DNA of 64,000 nucleotides from Escherichia coli (GTDB lineage Bacteria; Pseudomonadota; Gammaproteobacteria; Enterobacterales; Enterobacteriaceae): NCBI RefSeq assembly GCF_013315695.1, contig NZ_CP054353.1; one strand, 5' to 3'. Shown piece by piece: positions 52,213 to 63,382 of this stretch (position 1 is its first letter; each line of letters starts with the position of its first letter). The notes under the pieces were generated by a model. It saw only the letters and a program-made list of their open reading frames with translations, ran no database searches and was not told where the DNA came from. The position numbers and the translations under genes were made by a program.

Positions 52213-53630
52213 TGGCGACATGGCAACTTGGCGGGCTGCCTAGCATGGCACCGCAAAATGATAATGCTCCTCGTTCTTCCGTTCCTCAGCCTGTGCAGTA
52301 TCAGCAGCAGCCAAACGTAGGTTTAATGGCGCTACAGGGGCTAAGAGGCGTTGCTGAGATTAATCAGCAGGCACGTCAACAACAGCGTAAAGCAGAGTTT
52401 CAGAAAGCATATGCCGGGGCTTTTGAGTCTGGAGACAGAAACAAAATGCGCAGTCTTATTTCTGAGTATCCAGAAGAATTTGAAAGCGTTCAGAAAGGGA
52501 TGGGCTTTATTGATGACGACCAGAGAAATTCTATTGGTCATCTTGCGACTAGTGCTCAAATCGCATCTTCGCTCGGAACTGGGGCATTTGGAAAATTCAT
52601 AGCAGATAACGAAGATGAAATGCGTCGTTTGGGAATTTCTCCTGAGTCTGTTGCCGAAATGCATGTTAATGATCCACAGGGATTCCAGCGGCTTGCTGGT
52701 AGTATGGCACTGTTTTCTCTCGGTCATGAGAAGTACTTCGATATCAAAGATCGAATGGAAGGTCGGGATATTGAGCGTGGCAAGTTGGCAGAGACGATCC
52801 GCAGCAATCAAGCCGGAGAAGCACTTCAGGCGAGAGGGCAGGATATTAGCCGAGCAAATGCGTTAACGTCAGCATATGCACCAACAGCCGCAATGCAGAA
52901 TTACAATCAATACGCGCAAATGTTAAAGGCGGATCCAGAGGGGGCTGCGGCATTTGCGGCAGCGGCTGGAATTAATACAAACGCCAAAAAATTAATGAGT
53001 GTTAGAGAAAACGATGATGGCACTGTCACAAAATACTACACAGACGGAAGTGAAGAGCAGGGAAAACTAAACCAGCCAATATCTGGAGATGGGTTTCGTC
53101 CAATAGCTTTGCCAACAGCCCAAAAGATCATGGAAAAGTCGCCAGAAGGGGCTAAAAAAGCTGCTGGATTTGCATACAGAGTTAGGGATGCTCTTGATTC
53201 AATAGATACACTGAAAGACCAGCTTAGCCCACAGCGAGTGGCGATCATTAATAATGCTTTGGGTAATGGGACGCTGGCTAACTTAACGCTCAGCCCAACA
53301 GAGCAGCAATACGTTGTTAATGCTAATGACGCAATAATGGCAATACTCCGTCAGGAAACAGGGGCATCTATCCTACCAGCTGAAATGTCCAAATATTATC
53401 AAATGTATTTCCCTCAGCCTGGTGATTCCACAAAAACCATTGATACCAAGCGTAGGAAGATGGAAAACCAGTTCAATTCGCTGAAAGCTGCTTCTGGTCG
53501 AGCTTATGATGCTTTGCGGGTTATTTCAGCAGTTGACAGAGGAACTTCTTCTTCGTCGCAGACATTGCCGCAATCTGAGCAGGTATCACAGCCAGCAGTA
53601 ATTTTTCTTCACTATGGGGTGATTAGGTAA
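52212..53630 (+). CDS. Hypothetical protein (candidate phage ejection/internal protein); 3-prime end runs into IS1
   Basis: 472-aa ORF whose last codons and stop lie inside the IS1 terminal repeat (IS1 begins 53626). Confidence 0.4.
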   Translation: MATWQLGGLPSMAPQNDNAPRSSVPQPVQYQQQPNVGLMALQGLRGVAEINQQARQQQRKAEFQKAYAGAFESGDRNKMRSLISEYPEEFESVQKGMGFIDDDQRNSIGHLATSAQIASSLGTGAFGKFIADNEDEMRRLGISPESVAEMHVNDPQGFQRLAGSMALFSLGHEKYFDIKDRMEGRDIERGKLAETIRSNQAGEALQARGQDISRANALTSAYAPTAAMQNYNQYAQMLKADPEGAAAFAAAAGINTNAKKLMSVRENDDGTVTKYYTDGSEEQGKLNQPISGDGFRPIALPTAQKIMEKSPEGAKKAAGFAYRVRDALDSIDTLKDQLSPQRVAIINNALGNGTLANLTLSPTEQQYVVNANDAIMAILRQETGASILPAEMSKYYQMYFPQPGDSTKTIDTKRRKMENQFNSLKAASGRAYDALRVISAVDRGTSSSSQTLPQSEQVSQPAVIFLHYGVIR

Positions 53631-53640
53631 TGACTCCAAC

Positions 53641-54144
53641 TTATTGATAGTGTTTTATGTTCAGATAATGCCCGATGACTTTGTCATGCAGCTCCACCGA
53701 TTTTGAGAACGACAGCGACTTCCGTCCCAGCCGTGCCAGGTGCTGCCTCAGATTCAGGTTATGCCGCTCAATTCGCTGCGTATATCGCTTGCTGATTACG
53801 TGCAGCTTTCCCTTCAGGCGGGATTCATACAGCGGCCAGCCATCCGTCATCCATATCACCACGTCAAAGGGTGACAGCAGGCTCATAAGACGCCCCAGCG
53901 TCGCCATAGTGCGTTCACCGAATACGTGCGCAACAACCGTCTTCCGGAGCCTGTCATACGCGTAAAACAGCCAGCGCTGGCGCGATTTAGCCCCGACATA
54001 GCCCCACTGTTCGTCCATTTCCGCGCAGACGATGACGTCACTGCCCGGCTGTATGCGCGAGGTTACCGACTGCGGCCTGAGTTTTTTAAGTGACGTAAAA
54101 TCGTGTTGAGGCCAACGCCCATAATGCGGGCTGTTGCCCGGCAT
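53641..54144 (-). CDS. insB: IS1 transposase InsB frame
   Basis: 167-aa ORF identical to the second IS1 copy. Confidence 0.9.
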
Positions 54145-54338
54145 CCAACGCCATTCATGGCCATATCAATGATTTTCTGGTGCGTACCGGGTTGAGAAGC
54201 GGTGTAAGTGAACTGCAGTTGCCATGTTTTACGGCAGTGAGAGCAGAGATAGCGCTGATGTCCGGCGGTGCTTTTGCCGTTACGCACCACCCCGTCAGTA
54301 GCTGAACAGGAGGGACAGCTGATAGAAACAGAAGCCAC
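54063..54338 (-). CDS. insA: IS1 InsA
   Basis: 91 aa with Cys-rich zinc-finger N-terminus ([28 protein letters not shown]). Confidence 0.9.
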
Positions 54339-54611
54339 TGGAGCACCTCAAAAACACCATCATACACTAAATCAGTAAGTTGGCAGCATCACCGAATAAA
54401 CGTATCCTCACGATTGCGCCATTCTTCTTACCGATATTCTGACACACATCATTAACTTTCTATTTTACTCTTTTCTCCACCATAAAATCAATAAAAGCAC
54501 TAACAGTAATTATAAATAAAAACAAAGCCAAAAATCTTGGTTCCAAAACTGGTAACAACTAACCAGTTTAAATATACGCATCAAAATCAGATAAACATTT
54601 GAGGTATTGTC

Positions 54612-54854
54612 ATGACAAAAAAACACCTATCACTGTTTTCTCCTTTTATGCTGACAGAAAAAATAAAGCCATGTAATCGTATCGTTATGGCTCCTATGAC
54701 GACCTGGTCAGCTAATCCTGATGGAACCATCTCTGAGCAAAAACTCGAATATTATAAATGTCGCTCACAAAATATTGGTTTAGTAATTACAGGATATACC
54801 TATGTCACGCCAAGGAAATTCAGGCATCGAAAGGAACTGGCTGGTTTCCGTTAA
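54612..54854 (+). pseudogene. N-terminal fragment of an Old-Yellow-Enzyme-type NADH:flavin oxidoreductase
   Basis: 80-aa ORF with OYE-like N-terminal motif (KPCNRIVMAPMTT), terminating early. Confidence 0.4.
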
Positions 54855-55322
54855 TAGATTAAATATCTATTACTCTCCCGAGAGTAAAACTATCAAATCA
54901 ATGAGTAACCGATACAGCCTCACAAATTCTTTCAGATAATTAACCCGTCACTGCGGCACGTTCTCTCGTAAGGCGTGCCTGCAGTGTAATCCAGTATGTG
55001 TCCGGCATAGTTGACGGTTTAATAGAACTCAATTCCTCTCCCAGGTCACCAACAACGATATCTTGTATAACACCCCAGGAGATACAACATTATGATGAGA
55101 TGCGATATGCTCCTCAGCGCCAATCAATGCCAGGGCTGGGCCAGTCTTGAGATCAGACTCATTCCCGAAACTGACTTCAGGCGACATATATCAATGACGT
55201 TGGTGCAATAAAAGATAGCCGATGTAATACATCTATTCAAATTTGTGATACATGTCAAAAAATTGGTTGACCAAACTCGTTATTTATATAAGTGCACTCT
55301 TTTTTAAAGCGAGGAAGTACCA

Positions 55323-55424
55323 ATGAAAGAGAATAAAGTACAGCAAATCAGTCATAAACTGATTAATATCGTTGTTTTTGTCGCAATTGTAGAATACGCC
55401 TATTTATTTCTCCATTTCTATTAA
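55323..55424 (+). CDS. ykgR: Small membrane protein YkgR-like (33 aa)
   Basis: MKENKVQQISHKLINIVVFVAIVEYAYLFLHFY with GAGGAAG SD; below the ORF-track cutoff. Confidence 0.5.
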   Translation: MKENKVQQISHKLINIVVFVAIVEYAYLFLHFY

Positions 55425-55757
55425 TAACGGCAATAAACTGTTCACTTCAGTGATATTTAAAATATGCATCCTCTCCCTTTTTTGTAAGTAATTATTATAT
55501 CCGTGGGAGAGGAATATACGCTGTCAGGTAATCAATCAAACTGCGATAAATCATCGGCCAGTAAAGTGGAGATAGCCTCCATTCTCGAAAAATCCATACT
55601 CTCAGCGAAACCATCATCAATCACTCATCCAGGCGTTTATGGGAGCGTAGCCAATGGCTGCTAACAATGCCAGACTTCCCCGTTGCGGAAATTCCACATC
55701 CCACAAATAGTCACAGGGATTGGGTGTTGAAATGATCCGGATGAGCATGTATCTTTA

Positions 55758-55779
55758 TGGTTATGTTATAACATAACAG
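55758..55779 (+). promoter_or_regulatory. Zur box upstream of ykgM
   Basis: Palindrome GTTATGTTATAACATAAC about 10 nt upstream of the ykgM start. Confidence 0.55.
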
Positions 55780-55785
55780 GTAAAA

Positions 55786-56052
55786 ATGATGAAGCCCAAT
55801 ATCCATCCTGAGTATCGTACTGTGGTGTTCCACGACACCAGTGTTGATGAGTACTTTAAAATCGGCTCGACTATCAAAACAGACCGTGAGATTGAGCTGG
55901 ATGGCGTAACGTATCCGTACGTAACAATTGATGTCTCTTCAAAATCGCACCCGTTCTATACAGGGAAGCTGAGAACAGTGGCATCAGAAGGAAATGTTGC
56001 ACGATTCACCCAACGTTTTGGTCGTTTTGTTAGCACGAAAAAGGGGGCATGA
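55786..56052 (+). CDS. ykgM: Ribosomal protein L31 paralog (zinc-independent, type B)
   Basis: 88 aa [19 protein letters not shown]... with no CxxC zinc ribbon. Confidence 0.9.
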
Positions 56053-56192
56053 TGAAAGTCCTTAACTCTCTGCGTACCGCAAAAGAACGCCATCCAGACT
56101 GTCAGATTGTGAAGCGAAAAGGACGGCTGTATGTGATTTGTAAATCTAATCCACGTTTTAAGGTCGTTCAGGGTCGTAAGAAAAAACGTTGA
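56052..56192 (+). CDS. ykgO: Ribosomal protein L36 paralog (zinc-independent)
   Basis: 46 aa [46 protein letters not shown]; ATGA overlap with the ykgM stop. Confidence 0.85.
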   Translation: MKVLNSLRTAKERHPDCQIVKRKGRLYVICKSNPRFKVVQGRKKKR

Positions 56193-57143
56193 TTTAAAAT
56201 TCGACGAATTAACGATATTTGTCTGATTAATAATCAGACCTGATTAATGTTGGTGTATTTATTACACCAGCATTAATTTTCCTGGGGATGTATCTTCCTG
56301 TTCATTTAAGGTCAACTGCCTGACGTTTCTCTCCGAATATTCCATTATATTAATGTTGACTTGTTGACCAGCTTCGCCCTGTATGCTGGCATCAACTCTA
56401 TTTTAGACTGAACACGTCACTCAGTTTCCTCCCTTTGCGACGCAGCCTGCATTTACACTCAAACTATTAAGATGATAAATGTGGTAAATCTGTTGGTACT
56501 GGCATAAAAACGTTTACGCCACAGGAACGGCCTGATCCATCGGTAACCCCATCGCCGACGTTCGAGTGCCAGTTAGAGTAACGCGCACAGATGACTGAAT
56601 GCAGTGCCCTGGCAAAGAGGCCATCGTTCCTGTGACAACTGGCAGTCTTCGTTTAACTTCACTTAATTTGGCTCTTAGGGGGCTTACCGGACATGATGAC
56701 GTACTTACACCTGTTTAATTTTTCATCACTTATTGGAGTGAACACCCATAACCATTTTGTGCGGCATGTTAACCCATTAAAACACCTTACTGATTGGCAA
56801 ATCATCTTTAATTATGACTCATGATAGTTTTATATTCTATTTCTTATCATTTAAACTTGTTTTTTTACTAGTCCATTACACAACACATTAAGACTATTCC
56901 TAACACCTCAGGGCAAAGTTCCTGGCTAATATAAAATGCAAGTAAGAATTGAACGTTATATTGCCAATAACCTTATGAAACTGAATGTCTTTTTCTTCTT
57001 ATCAAAAAAGCAATATTTTCATTTTTTGTAAATATTGACTTAACCATGGAATTCATTTTCTGTTCACATATTGACACTCATCAGGAAAAAAACATAAATT
57101 TAAACCTAATCGAAATAATTAAAACTTAGGTAATGACTCCAAC

Positions 57144-57647
57144 TTATTGATAGTGTTTTATGTTCAGATAATGCCCGATGACTTTGTCATGCAGCTCCAC
57201 CGATTTTGAGAACGACAGCGACTTCCGTCCCAGCCGTGCCAGGTGCTGCCTCAGATTCAGGTTATGCCGCTCAATTCGCTGCGTATATCGCTTGCTGATT
57301 ACGTGCAGCTTTCCCTTCAGGCGGGATTCATACAGCGGCCAGCCATCCGTCATCCATATCACCACGTCAAAGGGTGACAGCAGGCTCATAAGACGCCCCA
57401 GCGTCGCCATAGTGCGTTCACCGAATACGTGCGCAACAACCGTCTTCCGGAGCCTGTCATACGCGTAAAACAGCCAGCGCTGGCGCGATTTAGCCCCGAC
57501 ATAGCCCCACTGTTCGTCCATTTCCGCGCAGACGATGACGTCACTGCCCGGCTGTATGCGCGAGGTTACCGACTGCGGCCTGAGTTTTTTAAGTGACGTA
57601 AAATCGTGTTGAGGCCAACGCCCATAATGCGGGCTGTTGCCCGGCAT
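57144..57647 (-). CDS. insB: IS1 transposase InsB frame
   Basis: 167 aa, identical to copy 1. Confidence 0.9.
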
Positions 57648-57841
57648 CCAACGCCATTCATGGCCATATCAATGATTTTCTGGTGCGTACCGGGTTGAGA
57701 AGCGGTGTAAGTGAACTGCAGTTGCCATGTTTTACGGCAGTGAGAGCAGAGATAGCGCTGATGTCCGGCGGTGCTTTTGCCGTTACGCACCACCCCGTCA
57801 GTAGCTGAACAGGAGGGACAGCTGATAGAAACAGAAGCCAC
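57566..57841 (-). CDS. insA: IS1 InsA
   Basis: 91 aa, identical to copy 1. Confidence 0.9.
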
Positions 57842-57896
57842 TGGAGCACCTCAAAAACACCATCATACACTAAATCAGTAAGTTGGCAGCATCACC

Positions 57897-60180
57897 GGAT
57901 GATGGACAGCTACGCATCCGGAAAATACAGCTGGAAGAGAGTGAAGATAACGCCAGTGTCAGCGAACAAACTCGACAGCAACTGATGACTCTGGCCAACG
58001 CCCCGTTCAATGAGGCCCTTACCATCCCCCTGACTGACAACGCGCAGCTGGATCTCAGCTTGCGCCAACTGCTGCTGCAGCTGGTGGTCAAGCGCGAAGC
58101 GCTGGGCACCGTACTACGCTCACGTAGCGAAGACATCGGGCAGTCCAGTGTTAACACCCTCAGCAGTAATCTGAGCTATAACTTCGGCGTCTATAACAAC
58201 CAGTTGCGTAACGGCGGGAGCAACACATCCAGCTATCTGTCGCTGAATAACGTTACTGCACTGCGCGAACATCATGTGGTGCTCGACGGCTCGCTGTACG
58301 GGATCGGTAGCGGTCAACAGGACAGTGAATTATATAAAGCGATGTATGAACGCGATTTTGCCGGTCACCGATTTGCCGGTGGAATGCTCGACACCTGGAA
58401 CTTGCAGTCCTTAGGGCCGATGACCGCCATTTCAGCAGGGAAGATTTACGGCCTTTCCTGGGGAAACCAGGCCAGCTCCACCATCTTCGACAGCAGCCAG
58501 TCAGCCACGCCAGTGATCGCCTTTTTACCGGCGGCGGGCGAAGTACATCTCACCCGTGATGGGCGGTTACTAAGCGTTCAGAACTTCACCATGGGCAATC
58601 ATGAAGTGGATACCCGGGGTCTACCGTACGGTATTTACGATGTGGAAGTTGAGGTCATCGTTAACGGTCGCGTGATTAGCAAACGCACTCAACGGGTCAA
58701 TAAGCTGTTTAGCCGGGGGCGCGGCGTCGGTGCACCACTGGCGTGGCAGATATGGGGCGGTAGCTTTCATATGGATCGCTGGTCGGAAAACGGGAAAAAG
58801 ACGCGACCAGCTAAAGATAGTTGGCTGGCAGGTGCCTCGACCTCCGGCTCACTGAGTACGCTTAGCTGGGCGGCAACGGGATATGGATACGATAATCAGG
58901 CGGTGGGTGAAACCCGTCTGACGCTGCCGCTTGGGGGAGCGATCAACGTTAACCTGCAAAATATGCTGGCCAGTGACAGCTCATGGAGCAACATCGCCAG
59001 CATCAGCGCCACTCTACCGGGAGGCTTTAGTTCGCTGTGGGTTAACCAGGAAAAAACCCGCATTGGCAATCAATTGCGACGTAGCGATGCCGACAACCGT
59101 GCAATCGGCGGCACACTCAACCTGAACTCACTGTGGTCGAAGCTGGGCACATTCAGCATCAGCTACAATGATGACCGCCGTTACAACAGCCATTATTACA
59201 CGGCAGATTACTATCAAAGTGTCTACAGCGGTACCTTTGGTACGCTTGGCCTGCGGGCCGGTATTCAGCGCTATAACAACGGCGACAGCAGCGCCAATAC
59301 AGGAAAATATATCGCTCTCGATCTCTCGCTACCACTGGGCAACTGGTTTAGCGCAGGGATGACCCATCAAAACGGCTACACCATGGCAAACCTGTCAGCA
59401 CGCAAACAGTTTGATGAAGGGACCATTCGCACTGTTGGTGCCAATCTGTCACGAGCCATCTCCGGCGATACCGGTGATGACAAAACTCTCAGTGGTGGGG
59501 CGTATGCACAGTTCGACGCTCGTTACGCCAGCGGAACGCTGAACGTCAATAGCGCGGCGGACGGCTACATCAATACTAATTTGACCGCCAACGGCAGCGT
59601 CGGCTGGCAGGGTAAAAACATCGCTGCCAGCGGGCGGACCGATGGCAACGCTGGGGTGATATTCGACACTGGCCTGGAGAACGATGGTCAGATCAGCGCC
59701 AAAATCAACGGGCGGATTTTCCCGCTTAACGGCAAGCGTAACTATCTCCCGCTCTCTCCCTATGGAAGATATGAGGTGGAGTTACAGAACAGCAAAAACT
59801 CACTCGACAGTTACGATATCGTCAGCGGTCGCAAAAGTCATCTGACTCTCTATCCAGGCAATGTCGCTGTCATTGAGCCAGAGGTGAAGCAGATGGTTAC
59901 CGTCTCCGGTCGTATCCGTGCGGAAGACGGCACACTGCTGGCTAACGCACGGATTAACAACCATATCGGCCGAACCCGAACCGATGAAAACGGCGAGTTT
60001 GTCATGGACGTGGATAAGAAATACCCCACTATCGATTTTCGCTACAGTGGCAATAAAACCTGCGAAGTGGCACTGGAACTCAACCAGGCGCGCGGTGCCG
60101 TCTGGGTCGGTGATGTGGTCTGCAGCGGCCTCTCATCGTGGGCGGCGGTGACGCAGACAGGAGAAGAGAATGAGAGTTAA
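57897..60180 (+). pseudogene. ecpC: ecpC (matD) fimbrial usher, 5-prime truncated by IS1
   Basis: Usher-like beta-barrel ORF; the ORF-track start (57883) lies inside the IS1 terminal repeat; no signal peptide or promoter; ecpR/A/B absent. Confidence 0.8.
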
Positions 60181-61813
60181 CTTACTGATAGCGATGATAA
60201 TCTTTGCGCTAATCTGGCCTGCAACCGCGCTCAGAGCGGCAGTGAGCAAAACAACCTGGGCGGATGCTCCGGCACGCGAGTTTGTGTTTGTCGAAAACAA
60301 CTCAGACGACAACTTTTTCGTCACGCCTGGCGGGGCGCTGGATCCGCGCCTGACCGGTGCCAACCGCTGGACCGGTTTAAAATACAATGGTTCAGGAACC
60401 ATCTATCAGCAAAGCCTCGGCTACATTGATAACGGTTACAACACCGGCCTTTATACCAACTGGAAGTTTGATATGTGGCTGGAAAATTCACCAGTTTCAT
60501 CTCCTTTAACTGGCTTGCGCTGCATCAACTGGTACGCTGGGTGTAATATGACCACCAGTCTTATCCTGCCGCAAACCACCGACGCCAGTGGATTTTATGG
60601 CGCGACGGTGACCAGCGGCGGCGCGAAGTGGATGCACGGCATGTTGTCAGACGCGTTTTACCAGTATCTGCAACAAATGCCCGTCGGCAGCAGCTTTACA
60701 ATGACCATCAATGCCTGCCAGACCTCTGTGAACTATGATGCCAGCAGCGGCGCACGCTGTAAGGATCAGGCCTCCGGCAACTGGTATGTTCGCAACGTCA
60801 CCCATACGAAAGCAGCAAATCTGCGGTTGATAAATACCCACTCGCTGGCGGAAGTATTTATCAACAGCGACGGAGTACCGACTCTGGGCGAAGGGAACGC
60901 CGACTGCCGGACGCAAACCATCGGCAGCCGTTCAGGATTAAGTTGTAAGATGGTTAACTATACCCTGCAAACAAACGGGCTCAGCAACACCTCAATCCAT
61001 ATCTTCCCGGCGATCGCCAACTCGTCGTTAGCCTCGGCCGTCGGGGCGTACGATATGCAGTTCAGTCTGAATGGCAGTTCATGGAAACCGGTGAGCAATA
61101 CCGCCTATTACTACACCTTCAACGAGATGAAGAGCGCAGACTCGATCTATGTTTTCTTCTCGAGCAACTTCTTTAAGCAGATGGTGAACCTGGGGATCAG
61201 CGATATCAACACCAAAGATCTGTTCAACTTTCGCTTTCAGAACACCACATCACCGGAGTCTGGCTGGTATGAATTTTCTACCTCCAACACGCTGATTATC
61301 AAACCCCGTGATTTCAGCATCAGTATTATCTCCGATGAATATACTCAGACACCGTCGCGGGAGGGATATGTTGGCAGCGGCGAGTCGGCACTCGATTTCG
61401 GCTATATCGTAACCACCAGCGGTAAAACAGCTGCCGACGAAGTGCTGATCAAGGTGACCGGACCCGCGCAGGTGATTGGCGGGCGCTCCTATTGTGTCTT
61501 CAGCTCCGATGACGGTAAGGCGAAAGTACCGTTCCCGGCGACACTTTCCTTTATTACCCGCAACGGAGCTACAAAAACCTACGATGCCGGGTGCGATGAT
61601 AGCTGGCGGGATATGACCGATGCGCTGTGGTTGACCACACCGTGGACTGATATCTCTGGCGAAGTGGGGCAGATGGATAAGACCACAGTCAAATTTTCGA
61701 TTCCAATGTATAACGCCATTTCTCTGCGTACGGTAGATGATAACGGCTGGTTTGGCGAAGTCAGCGCTTCAGGAGAGATTCATGTTCAGGCGACGTGGCG
61801 TAACATTAACTAA
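60170..61813 (+). CDS. ecpD: ECP (Mat) fimbrial tip adhesin EcpD
   Basis: 547 aa with signal peptide; position after ecpC. Confidence 0.85.
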   Translation: MRVNLLIAMIIFALIWPATALRAAVSKTTWADAPAREFVFVENNSDDNFFVTPGGALDPRLTGANRWTGLKYNGSGTIYQQSLGYIDNGYNTGLYTNWKFDMWLENSPVSSPLTGLRCINWYAGCNMTTSLILPQTTDASGFYGATVTSGGAKWMHGMLSDAFYQYLQQMPVGSSFTMTINACQTSVNYDASSGARCKDQASGNWYVRNVTHTKAANLRLINTHSLAEVFINSDGVPTLGEGNADCRTQTIGSRSGLSCKMVNYTLQTNGLSNTSIHIFPAIANSSLASAVGAYDMQFSLNGSSWKPVSNTAYYYTFNEMKSADSIYVFFSSNFFKQMVNLGISDINTKDLFNFRFQNTTSPESGWYEFSTSNTLIIKPRDFSISIISDEYTQTPSREGYVGSGESALDFGYIVTTSGKTAADEVLIKVTGPAQVIGGRSYCVFSSDDGKAKVPFPATLSFITRNGATKTYDAGCDDSWRDMTDALWLTTPWTDISGEVGQMDKTTVKFSIPMYNAISLRTVDDNGWFGEVSASGEIHVQATWRNIN

Positions 61814-62492
61814 GGCCCTGCTGACAGTGGTCTGTATGCTGGCGGCACCTTTGACACAGGCGATTTCGGTCGGTAATCTGACATTTTCGCTGCCGTCCGA
61901 GACTGACTTTGTCAGCAAACGTGTAGTGAATAACAACAAAAGCGCGCGGATATACCGTATTGCCATCAGTGCTATCGATAGCCCGGGCAGCAGTGAATTG
62001 CGCACTCGACCGGTGGATGGTGAACTGCTTTTCGCCCCCCGCCAGCTGGCGTTGCAGGCTGGTGAGAGCGAGTATTTTAAATTTTACTATCATGGTCCAC
62101 AGGATAACCGCGAGCGCTACTACCGGGTCTCATTTCGCGAGGTCCCCACTCGCAACCAGACAAGACGTAGCCCAACCGGCGGCGAGGTCAGCACAGAGCC
62201 GGTGGTGGTGATGGATACCATTCTGGTAGTACGACCACGTCAGGTTCAGTTTAAATGGTCCTTCGATCAGGTGACCGGAGCGGTAAGTAACACCGGCAAC
62301 ACGTGGTTTAAGCTACTGATTAAACCAGGATGTGATTCGACCGAAGAGGAAGGCGATGCCTGGTATCTACGTCCGGGAGACGTGGTTCATCAGCCTGAGT
62401 TACGTCAGCCGGGGAATCACTATCTGGTCTATAACGACAAATTCATTAAGATTAGCGATTCCTGTCCGGCTAAGCCCCCTTCGGCGGACTAA
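61782..62492 (+). CDS. ecpE: ECP (Mat) fimbrial chaperone EcpE
   Basis: 236 aa from ATG at 61782 (AGGAGAG SD) with signal peptide. Confidence 0.8.
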   Translation: MFRRRGVTLTKALLTVVCMLAAPLTQAISVGNLTFSLPSETDFVSKRVVNNNKSARIYRIAISAIDSPGSSELRTRPVDGELLFAPRQLALQAGESEYFKFYYHGPQDNRERYYRVSFREVPTRNQTRRSPTGGEVSTEPVVVMDTILVVRPRQVQFKWSFDQVTGAVSNTGNTWFKLLIKPGCDSTEEEGDAWYLRPGDVVHQPELRQPGNHYLVYNDKFIKISDSCPAKPPSAD

Positions 62493-62804
62493 GACTTATC
62501 CATCAGACGAGGGAAGAATTCTACCTCAGAGACTCAAAAATCGTTTAAATGATGTGGAAGCGATCGTCAATGTCACCTGTAACGATGAGCTTTCTCATAT
62601 GCACACCACAGTGTTCAGGAGACACGGAAAGGTACCAGGCGGCCTGCTAACGAGTGGTTTCTTCACGAATTAGGACGTAAAATCGGTAACGGCTGGAAAT
62701 CATTCAATACTCACACTATCGAAAGTACACCAGCCAACCGCGATACGTCCCTGCATACGACGTACCGCAGTTCTCTTTACGATTTATAGCTGTACTGGTG
62801 AATT

Positions 62805-63134
62805 ATGAGCAATCTGAATCCATGCATGACGTGTGGTGCCTGTTGTGCATTTTTCCGCGTCTCTTTTTACTGGGCCGAAGCCGACGATGCTGGCGGTACC
62901 ATTCCCGCCAGGCTTACTGAACAAATATCCCCTTTTCACCGATGCATGAGCGGTACCAATCAGAAAAACCCCCGATGTATTGCCCTTGCAGGAACACCGG
63001 GCAAAAATGCCTGTTGCACGATATATAAAAATCGATCGTCCACGTGCAGAGAATTCGCCATGTCTGGTGAGAACGGAGTCGTCAATGAGGCTTGCAATCG
63101 TGCAAGAGCTAAATACGGGCTGACACCGTTATAA
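62805..63134 (+). CDS. ykgJ: Cys-rich putative zinc/iron-binding protein YkgJ
   Basis: 109 aa with CxxCxxCC motif ([11 protein letters not shown]). Confidence 0.8.
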
Positions 63135-63340
63135 ATATGCAATAATTAATTGCACTGCCCCGCCAGCTATAATCGCGGGGCCTCGTTTTTCAGGGATAAC
63201 AAACCCCGAAACTTCTTCCATCTGCCAGCAACAATGCCTCTTCCTCTATAGTGTTCTCCGGATCTACAGCATCCTGAAGTAGCGCGATGTACTCACTGGC
63301 TATCTGCATCAGAAAGTTAAAAACAATGTTTTTAACCTAT

Positions 63341-63368
63341 AAAAATGGCGCTGTATTTGCGCCATTTT
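63341..63368. terminator. Bidirectional hairpin terminator between ykgJ and yagU
   Basis: Perfect palindrome AAAATGGCGC-TGTATTT-GCGCCATTTT flanked by A/T runs. Confidence 0.55.
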
Positions 63369-63382
63369 TATCATTCAATGCA

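Larger units (their letters stand above)
40860..53625 (+). mobile_element. Integrated P4/PICI-like satellite element at thrW, right end truncated by IS1
   Basis: tRNA-adjacent tyrosine integrase, AlpA regulator, antirepressor-like gene, primase with zinc-finger/TOPRIM/D5 domains, iteron origin; no attR recognised before the IS1 junction. Confidence 0.65.
53626..54393 (-). mobile_element. IS1 insertion sequence (768 bp), copy 1
   Basis: Terminal inverted repeats GGTAATGACTCCAACTTATTGAT and ATCAGTAAGTTGGCAGCATCACC; insA/insB frames; flanking 9-mers GGGTGATTA and GAATAAACG differ. Confidence 0.95.
57129..57896 (-). mobile_element. IS1 insertion sequence (768 bp), copy 2
   Basis: Identical to copy 1 in the same orientation; flanking 9-mers TAAAACTTA and GGATGATGG differ; right end abuts ecpC coding sequence. 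Confidence 0.95.

Noticed and set aside
53626-57896. Composite IS1 transposon carrying ykgM-ykgO
   Set aside because: The cargo is ordinary chromosomal backbone in its native gene order and there are no target-site duplications; this is two rearrangement-associated IS1 copies rather than a transposon.
57883-57896. ORF-track start of the usher gene at 57883
   Set aside because: The start lies inside the IS1 terminal inverted repeat; the native ecpC N-terminus (signal peptide) is absent, so this is a truncated pseudogene rather than a 765-aa protein.
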